This document shows, piece by piece, positions 39,522 to 48,939 of a stretch of 64,000 bases of DNA. The DNA is taken from NCBI GenBank assembly GCA_044239605.1, contig JBIIBC010000003.1:50056-114055 (forward strand), written 5' to 3'. The DNA is from Bacteroidia bacterium. GTDB lineage: Bacteria > Bacteroidota > Bacteroidia > UKL13-3. The stretch's first letter is position 1. Each line of letters starts with the position of its first letter. The notes beneath the pieces are model-generated. The model was not told the DNA's origin and ran no database searches. It saw only the letters and a list, made by a program, of their open reading frames with translations. Both the position numbers and the translations under genes were made by a program.

Positions 39522-39536
39522 TTAATTAGTACCCCA

Positions 39537-39575
39537 AAAAGCCCGGTTGTTTTAAATCGGGCTTTATTTTATTTG
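39537..39575 (+). terminator. intra-operon hairpin / partial terminator after atpE
   Basis: AAAGCCCG-12 nt-CGGGCTTT followed by a T-rich run. Confidence 0.55.
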
Positions 39576-39603
39576 AAAAAACTTTTATAAAATTATATAT
39601 ACA

Positions 39604-40098
39604 ATGGATTTAGTAACCCCAAGTATTGGTTTGATTTTTTGGAGTTCGATAGCATTTTTTATACTATTTTTTGTATTAACAAAATTTGCTTGGAAACCAA
39701 TTACCAAAACCCTTAAAGAAAGAGAAGATAGCATTGATGAAGCCTTAAAATCGGCTGAAACTGCTCGTTTACAGTTGGAAAGTTTAAAAACAGACAACCA
39801 ACGCTTATTAAACGAAGCACGTGCTGAGCGTGATATGTTATTAAAAGAAGCAAACGAAATTAAGGATCAAATTTTAGCTAAAGCTAAAAGTGATGCTAAA
39901 AGCGAAGGCGACAAAATGATAACTGCAGCAAAAGAGGCAATTGAAATGGAGAAAGTAAATGCCATGAACCAATTGAAAACTCAAGTTGCTAACCTTTCAG
40001 TTGATTTAGCTGAAAAAATATTACGTAACAAAATGGAAGACAGAAGCCAACAAGAGGTTTTTGTAAATGAAAGTTTAAAAAATATAACACTGAACTAG
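39604..40098 (+). CDS. atpF: F0F1 ATP synthase subunit b
   Basis: 164 aa. One N-terminal TM helix plus a long charged coiled coil. Confidence 0.8.
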   Translation: MDLVTPSIGLIFWSSIAFFILFFVLTKFAWKPITKTLKEREDSIDEALKSAETARLQLESLKTDNQRLLNEARAERDMLLKEANEIKDQILAKAKSDAKSEGDKMITAAKEAIEMEKVNAMNQLKTQVANLSVDLAEKILRNKMEDRSQQEVFVNESLKNITLN

Positions 40099-40099
40099 T

Positions 40100-40651
40100 A
40101 TGTCGGATTTTAGAGTAGCCAGTCGTTATGCAAAGTCATTAGTTGATTTAGCTATTGAACAAAACCTGCTAGAGGTAGTTTGTGCAGATATGAAATTATT
40201 TAAACAAACTATTGAACAAAATCAATCACTTGAAAACTTGCTTAAAAGCCCAGTTATTAAAGGTGACAAAAAATTAGCAGTTATTACTCAAATTTTTGCT
40301 AGTTCATTTAATAAATTAACTTTCTCGTTTATATCAATTATTGTACGTAAACAACGCGAAATGATATTCCTTTCAATTTGCGATGCGGTTATTGCACAAT
40401 ACAACGAAATAAACAAAATTGCTACTGCTTCGGTGAAAACTGCAGTAGAAGCTTCAGCTGAAATTAAAGCTGAAATAAAAAACTTTTTACAACAACAAAG
40501 TGGTAAAAACGTAGAACTTAAAATGCATGTAGATCCGTCTTTAATAGGTGGAGTTATGATTCAAATGGAAGACCGTTTGTATGATGCAAGTATTTCGGGT
40601 AGCTTACGTAAAGCCAAACAACAGTTATTAAACACATATATCTCAAAATAA
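40100..40651 (+). CDS. atpH: F0F1 ATP synthase subunit delta (OSCP)
   Basis: 183 aa. Correct position and OSCP-like sequence. Confidence 0.8.
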   Translation: MSDFRVASRYAKSLVDLAIEQNLLEVVCADMKLFKQTIEQNQSLENLLKSPVIKGDKKLAVITQIFASSFNKLTFSFISIIVRKQREMIFLSICDAVIAQYNEINKIATASVKTAVEASAEIKAEIKNFLQQQSGKNVELKMHVDPSLIGGVMIQMEDRLYDASISGSLRKAKQQLLNTYISK

Positions 40652-40664
40652 ACAAAAATTAATT

Positions 40665-42242
40665 ATGGTAGAGATTAGACCTGACGAAGTATCAGCAATT
40701 ATCAGAGAGCAATTAAGCAACTTTAAATCGGATGCTGAATTACAAGAAGTAGGAACGGTACTTCAAGTGGGCGATGGTATTGCCCGTATTTATGGATTAA
40801 CTAAAGTTCAATCTGGAGAGTTAATCGAATTTGCAAATGGCGTACAAGCAATTGTATTAAATTTGGAAGAAGATAACGTTGGAGCTGTATTATTAGGCTC
40901 TAGTGATTCAATTATAGAAGGTGATACAGTTAAAAGAACTGGTAAAATTGCATCTATTAAAGTAGGTAATGGCATGGTTGGTCGTGTAGTTAATACATTA
41001 GGTTTACCAATTGATGGTAAAGGACCAATTGCTGGTGATTTATATGATATGCCTTTAGAGCGTAAAGCTCCTGGTGTTATTTACCGTGAGCCAGTTAAAG
41101 AACCATTACAAACAGGTATTAAGGCTATTGATGCCATGATTCCTATTGGTCGTGGACAACGTGAGTTAGTTATTGGTGACCGTCAAACTGGTAAAACAGC
41201 AGTTTGTATTGATGCCATTATCAACCAAAAAGAATTTTATGAAGCTGGTAAACCAGTTTATTGTATATATGTAGCTATTGGACAAAAAGCATCTACAGTT
41301 GCTCAAATTGTAAGTACTTTAGAAGCTAATGGAGCTATGAAATACACTACAGTTGTTACAGCTACTTCATCAGATCCAGCTCCAATGCAGTTTTACGCTC
41401 CAATGGCTGGTGCTGCAATAGGTGAGTTTTTCCGCGATTTAGGAAATCCTGCTTTGGTTGTTTATGATGATTTATCAAAACAAGCAGTAGCTTACCGTGA
41501 AGTTTCATTATTGTTACGTAGACCTCCAGGACGTGAGGCATACCCAGGTGACGTATTTTACTTACATAGCCGTTTATTAGAGCGTGCTGCTAAAATTAAC
41601 GCTACTGATTCTATTGCGCAAGCAATGAATGATATTCCAGATTCAATCAAACATTTGGTTAAAGGTGGTGGTTCATTAACTGCTTTACCAATTATTGAAA
41701 CACAAGCTGGTGACGTATCTGCATACATTCCAACTAACGTAATTTCAATTACCGATGGACAAATTTTCTTAGAGTCGAATTTATTTAACTCTGGTATTCG
41801 TCCAGCTATCAACGTTGGTATCTCGGTATCGCGTGTGGGTGGTAATGCGCAAATTAAATCAATGAAAAAAGTAGCTGGTACTTTAAAATTAGATCAAGCT
41901 CAATACCGCGAATTAGAGGCATTCTCTAAATTTGGTTCTGACTTAGATGCAGCAACTAAATCAGTATTAGCAAAAGGTGCTCGTAACGTAGAGATTTTGA
42001 AACAAGGTCAATTCTCACCATTACGTGTTGATCAACAAGTAGCAATTATTTACTTAGGAACTAAAGGTTTATTAAGCAATGTTCCTGTTAATAAAGTGCG
42101 TGAATTCGAAGCTGAGTTTTTAAGTTATATGGAAAATAAACATAAAAACACATTAGATGATTTGAAAAAAGGATTATCGGATGATGCTGCTGCAACTATT
42201 GAAAAAGTTTGTAAAGAATTATCAGCAAAATACGTAGGTTAA
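40665..42242 (+). CDS. atpA: F0F1 ATP synthase subunit alpha
   Basis: 525 aa. Walker A GDRQTGKT and a highly conserved alpha-subunit sequence. Confidence 0.95.
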   Translation: MVEIRPDEVSAIIREQLSNFKSDAELQEVGTVLQVGDGIARIYGLTKVQSGELIEFANGVQAIVLNLEEDNVGAVLLGSSDSIIEGDTVKRTGKIASIKVGNGMVGRVVNTLGLPIDGKGPIAGDLYDMPLERKAPGVIYREPVKEPLQTGIKAIDAMIPIGRGQRELVIGDRQTGKTAVCIDAIINQKEFYEAGKPVYCIYVAIGQKASTVAQIVSTLEANGAMKYTTVVTATSSDPAPMQFYAPMAGAAIGEFFRDLGNPALVVYDDLSKQAVAYREVSLLLRRPPGREAYPGDVFYLHSRLLERAAKINATDSIAQAMNDIPDSIKHLVKGGGSLTALPIIETQAGDVSAYIPTNVISITDGQIFLESNLFNSGIRPAINVGISVSRVGGNAQIKSMKKVAGTLKLDQAQYRELEAFSKFGSDLDAATKSVLAKGARNVEILKQGQFSPLRVDQQVAIIYLGTKGLLSNVPVNKVREFEAEFLSYMENKHKNTLDDLKKGLSDDAAATIEKVCKELSAKYVG

Positions 42243-42330
42243 ATATTAAATTTTTAGCAATTGGCAATAAGCAATTGGCAAATACTGCCAGAAGCAAGTT
42301 GCTAATTGCTAAGAGCTTTTATAATAAAAA

Positions 42331-43212
42331 ATGGCAAATTTAAAAGAAGTTAGAATAAGAATAGCATCAGTTACCTCTACACAACAAATAACCAAAGCCA
42401 TGAAATTGGTTTCGGCTACTAAATTGCGTAGGGCACAAAATGCAATTACTTTAATGCGCCCTTATGCAGTAAAGTTAAATGGCATTTTAAGTAATTTGTC
42501 TGATAGTATTGATGTAGATTCTTTAAAAGTTTATTTCGATACTCGTCCTGTAAAAAATGTATTAATAGTTGTTATTACTAGTGATAGAGGTTTATGTGGT
42601 TCATTTAACGCAAATGTTATTAAAATGGCCAACAAAACTATCAATGAAAAATATGCAGAACAAAAAGCTAATGGTAATTTAAGCGTTATCGGAATTGGCA
42701 AAAAAGGACATGAATATTTTTCAAAACAGGCAGTTAATTATATTGATACCTTTAAGGATTCATTGTTAACACCTAATTCTGAAACAGGATTTGCTATAGG
42801 TGAGTTTATTTTGAATCAATACAATTCAGGTAAATTTGATGCTGTTGAAATAGTTTATAATCAATTTAAAAATGCTGCTACTCAAATTTTAAGTGCAGAA
42901 CAATTTTTACCTATTAATACCGCAAGTTTAGCTACTGACAGTGTTAAGAAAAACGATTATATTTTTGAACCAAATAAGGAAGAAATTTTATTAGAATTAA
43001 TTCCTAGAATTTTGAAAACACAATTATTCAGATGTATGCTAGATTCTTTAGCTTCAGAACATGGTGCTCGTATGATTGCTATGGATAAAGCTACTGATAA
43101 TGCTGGTGAATTATTGAAATCATTAAAAGTGGAATACAATAGAGTTCGTCAAGCTGCAATTACTACCGAAATTTCGGAAATTGTGGGTGGAGCTGCTGCA
43201 TTAAGCGCTTAA
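42331..43212 (+). CDS. atpG: F0F1 ATP synthase subunit gamma
   Basis: 293 aa with conserved N- and C-terminal gamma-subunit helices. Confidence 0.9.
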   Translation: MANLKEVRIRIASVTSTQQITKAMKLVSATKLRRAQNAITLMRPYAVKLNGILSNLSDSIDVDSLKVYFDTRPVKNVLIVVITSDRGLCGSFNANVIKMANKTINEKYAEQKANGNLSVIGIGKKGHEYFSKQAVNYIDTFKDSLLTPNSETGFAIGEFILNQYNSGKFDAVEIVYNQFKNAATQILSAEQFLPINTASLATDSVKKNDYIFEPNKEEILLELIPRILKTQLFRCMLDSLASEHGARMIAMDKATDNAGELLKSLKVEYNRVRQAAITTEISEIVGGAAALSA

Positions 43213-43235
43213 AACAACAATTTTAATTATAAAAA

Positions 43236-43269
43236 AAACCTGCATTTTAAGTAAATGCAGGTTTTTTTG
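43236..43269. terminator. bidirectional intrinsic terminator (end of the atp operon and end of the GH57 gene)
   Basis: AACCTGCATTT-loop-AAATGCAGGTT flanked by A- and T-runs. Confidence 0.8.
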
Positions 43270-43272
43270 TGT

Positions 43273-44472
43273 CTATACTTTTTTGGCTTCAAACTTATCA
43301 AGCTCCATTAAAAAATCGCTAAATGAATTCATAAAATAAATATAAGCATCATAAGGACTCTCGTATGGGCTGAAATATTTATGAACATCGCCATCGCTCC
43401 AAAACTTGGTACACATGTAGTAAAAATGATCACTGGTTAGCATTTTTTGCCAAGTATCAATAATGGCTTTATCAGCTGTGGCATAAACTCTTTTTTCAAT
43501 AGAGTAAATTTTAGCTATGCTTTCATCCTGCATAGGGTTGCCAAGCCAAGCAGATAAATCTCGCTCCATATCAGCCCAACTTGTTAATTCGTGTGCATCG
43601 TACACATCTCTTGTAGGATAAGCAGCCACTGTTTCTGAAGGAGTTTTAAAAGAAAAATCTTTATGTTTTAAAATATACTCAGGCATGTGCCACATAAAAT
43701 CAAAAATACCAGTTTCGGCCCATTGGTGCTCACCAAAAGTTTCGTAATCCATAAACAAGTTAATGGTCTCGCCCTGGCCAGCAATAGAGTGACACCAACT
43801 AGCAAACTTATCGGCTGTTAAAGGCCAACTTTCCCACCCACGATTACTAAATCTAAAAGCTATATCATCGCTTAGTTGATAATTTTTAAGCAATGATTTT
43901 ATTTTAGTAACGTTTGGTGCTTGGTATAAATAATTGGGGGTTCTCCCTTTTAAAAGCCTATCTACCCCTTCACAAATAATGCCTTCGTAACCTAAATCTT
44001 CAATGAATTTGGCTAATTCATTATTATACTGCAATTCAGTATTTCTAAATACTTTAGGCGTATAGTTAAAATGTTTTTTTAACAATGCTTTGTGTTTTTC
44101 AACTTGCTTTACAAATTCATCTTTACTAAAAATATAAGCCAACGAATGATAATAAGTTTCACTTATAAACTCCACACAGCCAGTTGCTGCAAGGTCTTTA
44201 AAACTTTGCAATACATCGGGGCGCCAAGTTTCAAATTGCTCCAAAGCCACACCACTAATGGCATAACTTATTTTAAATTCGCCATTATGCTTTTTTATTA
44301 AATCAAGCATTAATTTATTAGTAGGCAAATAGCAGCGCTCGCTCACCTTATCTAACACTTGTCTGTTTTTTTCATCATCGTAATAATGATGGTTATTGCC
44401 AATATCAAAAAAAGTGTATTCCTTTAAACGATATGGTTGATGTACTTGAAAATAAAAACAAATTGATGGCAT
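43273..44472 (-). CDS. glycoside hydrolase family 57 (alpha-glucan-active enzyme)
   Basis: 399 aa. The N-terminal FQVHQPYR motif is diagnostic of GH57. Confidence 0.8.
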   Translation of the reverse strand: MPSICFYFQVHQPYRLKEYTFFDIGNNHHYYDDEKNRQVLDKVSERCYLPTNKLMLDLIKKHNGEFKISYAISGVALEQFETWRPDVLQSFKDLAATGCVEFISETYYHSLAYIFSKDEFVKQVEKHKALLKKHFNYTPKVFRNTELQYNNELAKFIEDLGYEGIICEGVDRLLKGRTPNYLYQAPNVTKIKSLLKNYQLSDDIAFRFSNRGWESWPLTADKFASWCHSIAGQGETINLFMDYETFGEHQWAETGIFDFMWHMPEYILKHKDFSFKTPSETVAAYPTRDVYDAHELTSWADMERDLSAWLGNPMQDESIAKIYSIEKRVYATADKAIIDTWQKMLTSDHFYYMCTKFWSDGDVHKYFSPYESPYDAYIYFMNSFSDFLMELDKFEAKKV

Positions 44473-44763
44473 AGGAGTATATTTTTGATTTATGAATTAT
44501 GATTTGTGAAATTGGTGAATTGCTTAATTGTTTATTCGATTAATTGTTTAATCGTTTAATTGCTTAACTGTTTAATTGTTATACTGTTGAATTGTTTATT
44601 CGTTTTATTGTTGAACTGTTATAGTGTTGAATTGCTTAATTGTTTATTCGATTAATTGTTTAGCTGTATTGTCATATTAACAAATCAACTTAATTAACTT
44701 TATTTACTTATAAACTTAATTAACTCCTTTAACTTATTAACTCCATTAACTAAATAAACCTCA
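44473..44763. repeat. degenerate 16-bp tandem repeat array (consensus TTAATTGTTTAWTCGW, about 10-12 units) followed by a TTAACT-rich sub-array; non-coding
   Basis: Hand alignment gives units at 44524, 44540, 44556, 44572, 44588, 44604, 44620, 44636 and 44652, all in a 16-bp register. A 34-bp block is repeated exactly at 44517 and 44629. There are stop codons in every frame. Confidence 0.8.
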
Positions 44764-46044
44764 TTAAGGAATAATCGACTCGTAAACTTCCATTACTTTT
44801 AAGGCTGTATTTTCCCAAGTAATGTGTTTTAGGTCTTCGTTTGCTTTATCTACCATTTCGGTGCTTAATCCATTATAATCAAGCGATGCAATGATGTATT
44901 GAGCTAATTTATGAGTATCCCAAAAGTCTATTTTTAATGAACTACTTAATACCTCCCCTGCTCCACTGGTTTTACTCATAATTACAGGTAAACCGTATTG
45001 CACAGCTTCTACTGCACTTAAACCAAAAGGCTCACTCATGCTAGGCATACAATACACATCACTTATTGCTAGCAGTTCATTTAATTTTTGCTTGTTTAAA
45101 AAGCCAGTAAAAAAGAATTTATCGCCTAAACCAAATGAGGCAATTTTTTCGATTAATGGTTTGTGTAAATCGCCACTGCCAGCCATTACAAACTTTACAT
45201 TTTTATGGTGTTGCAATACAATACGTGCAGCTTCTACAAAAAATTCAGGACCTTTTTGCATAGTTATCCGTCCAAAGAAAATAACTAATTTATCTTTATG
45301 CGGACTTTCTTTTACAGTATGTTTTACTGTTTCAACACCATTGTGAATGGGAGTAATTTTATATTCAGGAATGCCATAATGATGATGACAAATACTACCA
45401 GTATAATGACTTACAGGAATAACCCTATCGGCTAACTGCATAGCACGTTTTTCTAAATCATATACCCAATTTCTGCTATCGGCCCCTGAGCGGTCGTATT
45501 CGGTTGAATGCACATGCAAAACCATTGGTTTACCTGTAAGCATTTTTAATTCAATGGCAGGTAAAAAAGTCATCCAATCGTGTGCATGTATTACATCAAA
45601 CTCTTGCGTAAGCGCATACTGAACCGATATACGCGAAAATTCGATGGCCTTTTTTATAACATCGCCAGCGTATAATGCATCTATTTCAAAGGGTTCAATA
45701 TTATTATTATAAACTTCGTAAAACTTTTGGTTAATTGACTCGTGGTTATCTATTTTGGCATAAGGGTTTACACCCGCGTTAACCTGATATGAATTTAAAC
45801 CATGGTCACCATGTTTACTTGGTTTACTAAAAATCTCACGTAATTGCTCCCTACTAAAAGCATTTAACCCTATTAGTTCAATATTGGGTATTTTGAAATT
45901 GGGAACACTTTTGGGAATGATCATTTTTACATCAGCCAAAGGGGAAAGTGCTTTGCATAATCCCAAACAAGCTACACCCAATCCACCACTTATTACTGGC
46001 GGAAATTCCCATCCAAACATTAATACTTTAGGTCGTTTTTGCAT
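44764..46044 (-). CDS. family 4 glycosyltransferase (glycogen/alpha-glucan synthase-like, GT-B)
   Basis: 426 aa. GT-B fold with the conserved C-terminal E-x7-E region (MPSMSEPFGLSAVEA). Confidence 0.7.
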   Translation of the reverse strand: MQKRPKVLMFGWEFPPVISGGLGVACLGLCKALSPLADVKMIIPKSVPNFKIPNIELIGLNAFSREQLREIFSKPSKHGDHGLNSYQVNAGVNPYAKIDNHESINQKFYEVYNNNIEPFEIDALYAGDVIKKAIEFSRISVQYALTQEFDVIHAHDWMTFLPAIELKMLTGKPMVLHVHSTEYDRSGADSRNWVYDLEKRAMQLADRVIPVSHYTGSICHHHYGIPEYKITPIHNGVETVKHTVKESPHKDKLVIFFGRITMQKGPEFFVEAARIVLQHHKNVKFVMAGSGDLHKPLIEKIASFGLGDKFFFTGFLNKQKLNELLAISDVYCMPSMSEPFGLSAVEAVQYGLPVIMSKTSGAGEVLSSSLKIDFWDTHKLAQYIIASLDYNGLSTEMVDKANEDLKHITWENTALKVMEVYESIIP

Positions 46045-46120
46045 GTAGATATTTTAATTCAATTTTATTAAATTACTTCAAGCAATATATTTATTTCTAT
46101 TTCAAACTACAAAATGTTTT

Positions 46121-46149
46121 AAAAATATTATAAAATAAAACAACTAACT
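46121..46149 (+). repeat. left copy of a 29-bp direct repeat bounding the lipoprotein gene array
   Basis: AAAAATATTATAAAATAAAACAACTAACT. The partner at 48829-48858 differs at one position. Confidence 0.6.
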
Positions 46150-46192
46150 ATTTTAAATATGGTTGGTTTTTTACCAGATGTTATGCTGAGAG

Positions 46193-46340
46193 TTGCCTAT
46201 GGTTGGTGTTCTCACCAAACAATAACAGTTAAGTGCTTGTCTGAGATAAATAATTAGCAACTTATAAGTATCTATATTTTTTAGTTAATGCAAGGAGCTG
46301 TTTTTTTATATCAAAAAAGGTTGGTTAAAACACCAACCGC
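46193..46340. repeat. conserved intergenic element E1 (twin-hairpin element: terminator plus leader hairpin)
   Basis: Homologous to E2 and E3. Contains GGTTGGTG-TTCT-CACCAAAC (46201-46220) and GGTTGGTT-AAAA-CACCAACC (46319-46338). The second hairpin is followed on the minus strand by a U-run, so it acts as the terminator of the gene above it. Confidence 0.7.
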
Positions 46341-46348
46341 ATAGAAAT

Positions 46349-46957
46349 CTATAAAGTTAAAGTGTAAATAAGATTGCTATCTATTTGAATTTGAATTATA
46401 CCATATGATTTATTGTAAATTATTGGATTATTATTTTTTCCATAAATTTTAACTCCCAAAATCATTTTACTCCCACATTGTACTTGTAAATTGTATTTAC
46501 TTGTATTATTATAATATCCACTGTATGCCAAATGTGAATCACTAAAACTATTATTTATAATAACATCAGTATTTATTTCATGATACTCATTGTGATATAC
46601 CCAATAAAATAAATTAGACAAATTGAAATTATTTCCTTTATATTCTACATCCACCTGTTCAAAATTATAATTATCATATTCAGGGCAGTCCATACTAGTT
46701 ACACTATTTTTAGTGGTTTTTTTCATAAAGTTATTTTTACCTTGTCCTTTTAGAATAGCTGTATCACCTTGATTGCTAATAAATATTAGGGTTTCGTTGC
46801 CTGTGTATGGTATTTGTGCCTTAGTGTTATCATCTATTAAATAATTAAAATTTTTTGGGGTGTAATTACTGCCATTGCAGGGTTGCTTGCTGCATGCTGA
46901 AAATAACAAAAGTATAATTATTAAACTTTGGGTTTGAAATAGTTTGGCTGTTTTCAT
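46349..46957 (-). CDS. hypothetical lipoprotein, paralog 1 of 3
   Basis: The ORF extends to TTG 47002, but ATG 46957 gives MKTAKLFQTQSLIIILLLFSACSK, a lipoprotein signal with lipobox LFSAC. Clear similarity to 47157..47759 (IPYTGNETLIFISNQGDTAIL versus IPYIGNETLTFISNQGDTAIL). Confidence 0.6.
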   Translation of the reverse strand: MKTAKLFQTQSLIIILLLFSACSKQPCNGSNYTPKNFNYLIDDNTKAQIPYTGNETLIFISNQGDTAILKGQGKNNFMKKTTKNSVTSMDCPEYDNYNFEQVDVEYKGNNFNLSNLFYWVYHNEYHEINTDVIINNSFSDSHLAYSGYYNNTSKYNLQVQCGSKMILGVKIYGKNNNPIIYNKSYGIIQIQIDSNLIYTLTL

Positions 46958-46978
46958 ATGTTGTTTTTTAAAATTGTT

Positions 46979-47127
46979 TTTGCCTATAGTTAGTGTTCTC
47001 AAAAACCAAAACAGTTAAATGCAAGTTCTAAGATGAATAATTAGCAACTTAAGAGTATTTATAATTTTTAGTTTAATGCAATGAGTTATTTTTTTATATC
47101 AAAAAAGGTTGGTAAAACAATAATCGC
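46979..47127. repeat. conserved intergenic element E2 (decayed copy of the twin-hairpin element)
   Basis: Same backbone as E1 and E3, but both hairpins have lost complementarity: CACCAACC has become CAAAAACC in one and CAATAATC in the other. Confidence 0.65.
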
Positions 47128-47156
47128 AAGCAAAATAGTAGAATATTTTTTATTAT

Positions 47157-47759
47157 CTATTTAATTAAGGTGTAAGTTAAACTTGAATCAATTATAATAC
47201 TAAGTATACCCACATTCTTATTGTAAATAAATGCTGGTTTTCCATCTTCTCTATTAAAATTATATCCATTAATAATATTGCTCCCAACATTAATAGGACT
47301 ATTATATCTGCTTATATCATTATATACTCCAATATCTGCAAAATAATTTGCTTTGTCATTAATATTTACATTAATATATATGCTATTATACTTATCTATG
47401 TACATACTATAAATTACGTTAAATAAATTAAAATTGTTACCTTGATATTCAATATCTATGTGTTCGTATGAATAGTTATCTTCTTGAGGACATTCAGGGT
47501 TACTACTTACCTTTACTTTTTCCTTTAATATATAGTTATTTTTCCCTTGCCCAACTAAAATTGCCGTATCACCTTGGTTGCTAATAAATGTAAGGGTTTC
47601 GTTGCCTATGTATGGTATTTGTGATTTGGTGCTATCGGGTAATAAATAGTTAAAAGTTTTTGAGGTGTAATCGCTACAAGGGCTCTGTTTGCTGCAAGCT
47701 GCAAACAACAAAAGAAAAAGTAATAAACTTTGGGTTCGAAATTGTTTGGTTATTTTCAT
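47157..47759 (-). CDS. hypothetical lipoprotein, paralog 2 of 3
   Basis: ATG 47759 gives MKITKQFRTQSLLLFLLLFAACSK, a lipoprotein signal. The ORF tracker starts at TTG 47774. Confidence 0.6.
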   Translation of the reverse strand: MKITKQFRTQSLLLFLLLFAACSKQSPCSDYTSKTFNYLLPDSTKSQIPYIGNETLTFISNQGDTAILVGQGKNNYILKEKVKVSSNPECPQEDNYSYEHIDIEYQGNNFNLFNVIYSMYIDKYNSIYINVNINDKANYFADIGVYNDISRYNSPINVGSNIINGYNFNREDGKPAFIYNKNVGILSIIIDSSLTYTLIK

Positions 47760-47794
47760 GATATGAATTTTCAAATAATGGATAAATTACACAT

Positions 47795-47940
47795 TGCCTA
47801 TAGTTGGTGTTCTCACCAACCAAAACAGTTAAATGCAAGTTCTAAGATGAATAATAGAAACTTAAGAGTATTTATAATTTTTAATTTAATGCAAGGAGTT
47901 ATTTTTTTATATCAAAAAGGTTGGTGAAAACACCAACCGC
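47795..47940. repeat. conserved intergenic element E3 (intact twin-hairpin element)
   Basis: GTTGGTG-TTCT-CACCAAC (47803-47820) near the downstream gene start. GGTTGGTG-AAAA-CACCAACC (47919-47938) followed by a U-run on the minus strand is an intrinsic terminator for the upstream paralog. Confidence 0.7.
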
Positions 47941-47956
47941 AGGCAAAATATTCTTT

Positions 47957-48607
47957 TCATTTAGGTAAATAGTTAAACTCTGTATTTATTAAATTATTTT
48001 TTATTGAAAAGAAACCTTCTGTTTTATTAATGTATGACATTCCTGAAATAGAATCATTTAAATTATTAAATATGTATACTACATTCTTATATATTCTATT
48101 TCCTCTCTCAATACTATCAAAAAAAACTGTTCCGTTTTTAGAGCCAATCCTAAAGTCTCTAACTAAAAAATTTAATTCGTTAAATTTAACATTAATGACA
48201 TCTATGGCTCGGAAAGAAAATAAATTGGAATTAACATACCCATGCTCCACATCAAAACTCCCATTTCCTTTAGTAGTTATATAGGTATTGTGTATGGTTT
48301 GGTAGCAATCTTTATCGTAACCTGTGTTAGGGTTTCCCCAGCCATTTTCACAATACCAAGTAGTATCTGTTTTGGTTTTTACAAAGGTTAAGGTATCGCC
48401 TTTATCGCTTGTAAAGCTTATGGTATCAAAGGCAGGGTTAGTAAAATAAGGTGTTTGGTTTAACTGCGCTGCGGTTAGGTAATAATAATTGGTTTTGTGT
48501 TCCACTTTATCGTATTCTTCTTTTACGCAACTTTGCGTTAGCATAATTATTGTTATTATGCTTAGTAGTTTTAGTTTTATAATTATGGTATAGTTTAGTA
48601 TTTTCAT
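47957..48607 (-). CDS. hypothetical lipoprotein, divergent paralog 3 of 3
   Basis: 216 aa. Signal peptide with LTQSC lipobox. Shares the DTISFTSDKGDTLTF core with paralogs 1 and 2 but is more divergent. Confidence 0.5.
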   Translation of the reverse strand: MKILNYTIIIKLKLLSIITIIMLTQSCVKEEYDKVEHKTNYYYLTAAQLNQTPYFTNPAFDTISFTSDKGDTLTFVKTKTDTTWYCENGWGNPNTGYDKDCYQTIHNTYITTKGNGSFDVEHGYVNSNLFSFRAIDVINVKFNELNFLVRDFRIGSKNGTVFFDSIERGNRIYKNVVYIFNNLNDSISGMSYINKTEGFFSIKNNLINTEFNYLPK

Positions 48608-48828
48608 TGGTATATAGTTTTTTCAAATAATGGATAAATGACACCTTTAAGCATTACCTAAAAACAGGTATTTTTTATTAAAACAAACATTGGTAATTTT
48701 AATACCAATAGCAACACTGCATTTGTGGTATTTTACTTTAAAAACACAATGTACTATTTATTAGTAGTTTATATTTAAAATAAGCTTTAATAGTATGGTA
48801 AATAATATTTTACAAAATGGAAGTAGGT

Positions 48829-48858
48829 AAAAATATTATAAAATGAAACAACTAACTT
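48829..48858 (+). repeat. right copy of the 29-bp direct repeat bounding the lipoprotein gene array
   Basis: AAAAATATTATAAAATGAAACAACTAACTT. Confidence 0.6.
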
Positions 48859-48939
48859 ATAATTCTTGATAACTTAATTAGTTATTTTTTTATATAAATG
48901 TTTTATTGTGTTGGATTTTGAATTAAGATATTTACAACC

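Noticed and set aside
44473-44763. Possible CRISPR array, given the many short direct repeats.
   Set aside because: The 16-bp units are contiguous with no unique spacers between them, they are degenerate, and there are no cas genes. This is a tandem minisatellite, not a CRISPR array.
46958-47002. TTG/GTG-extended N-termini of the lipoprotein paralogs and the HAD hydrolase (starts at 47002, 47774 and 13382).
   Set aside because: Internal ATGs immediately give canonical lipoprotein signal peptides or the HAD DxG motif near the N-terminus. The extensions would make the conserved intergenic element coding.
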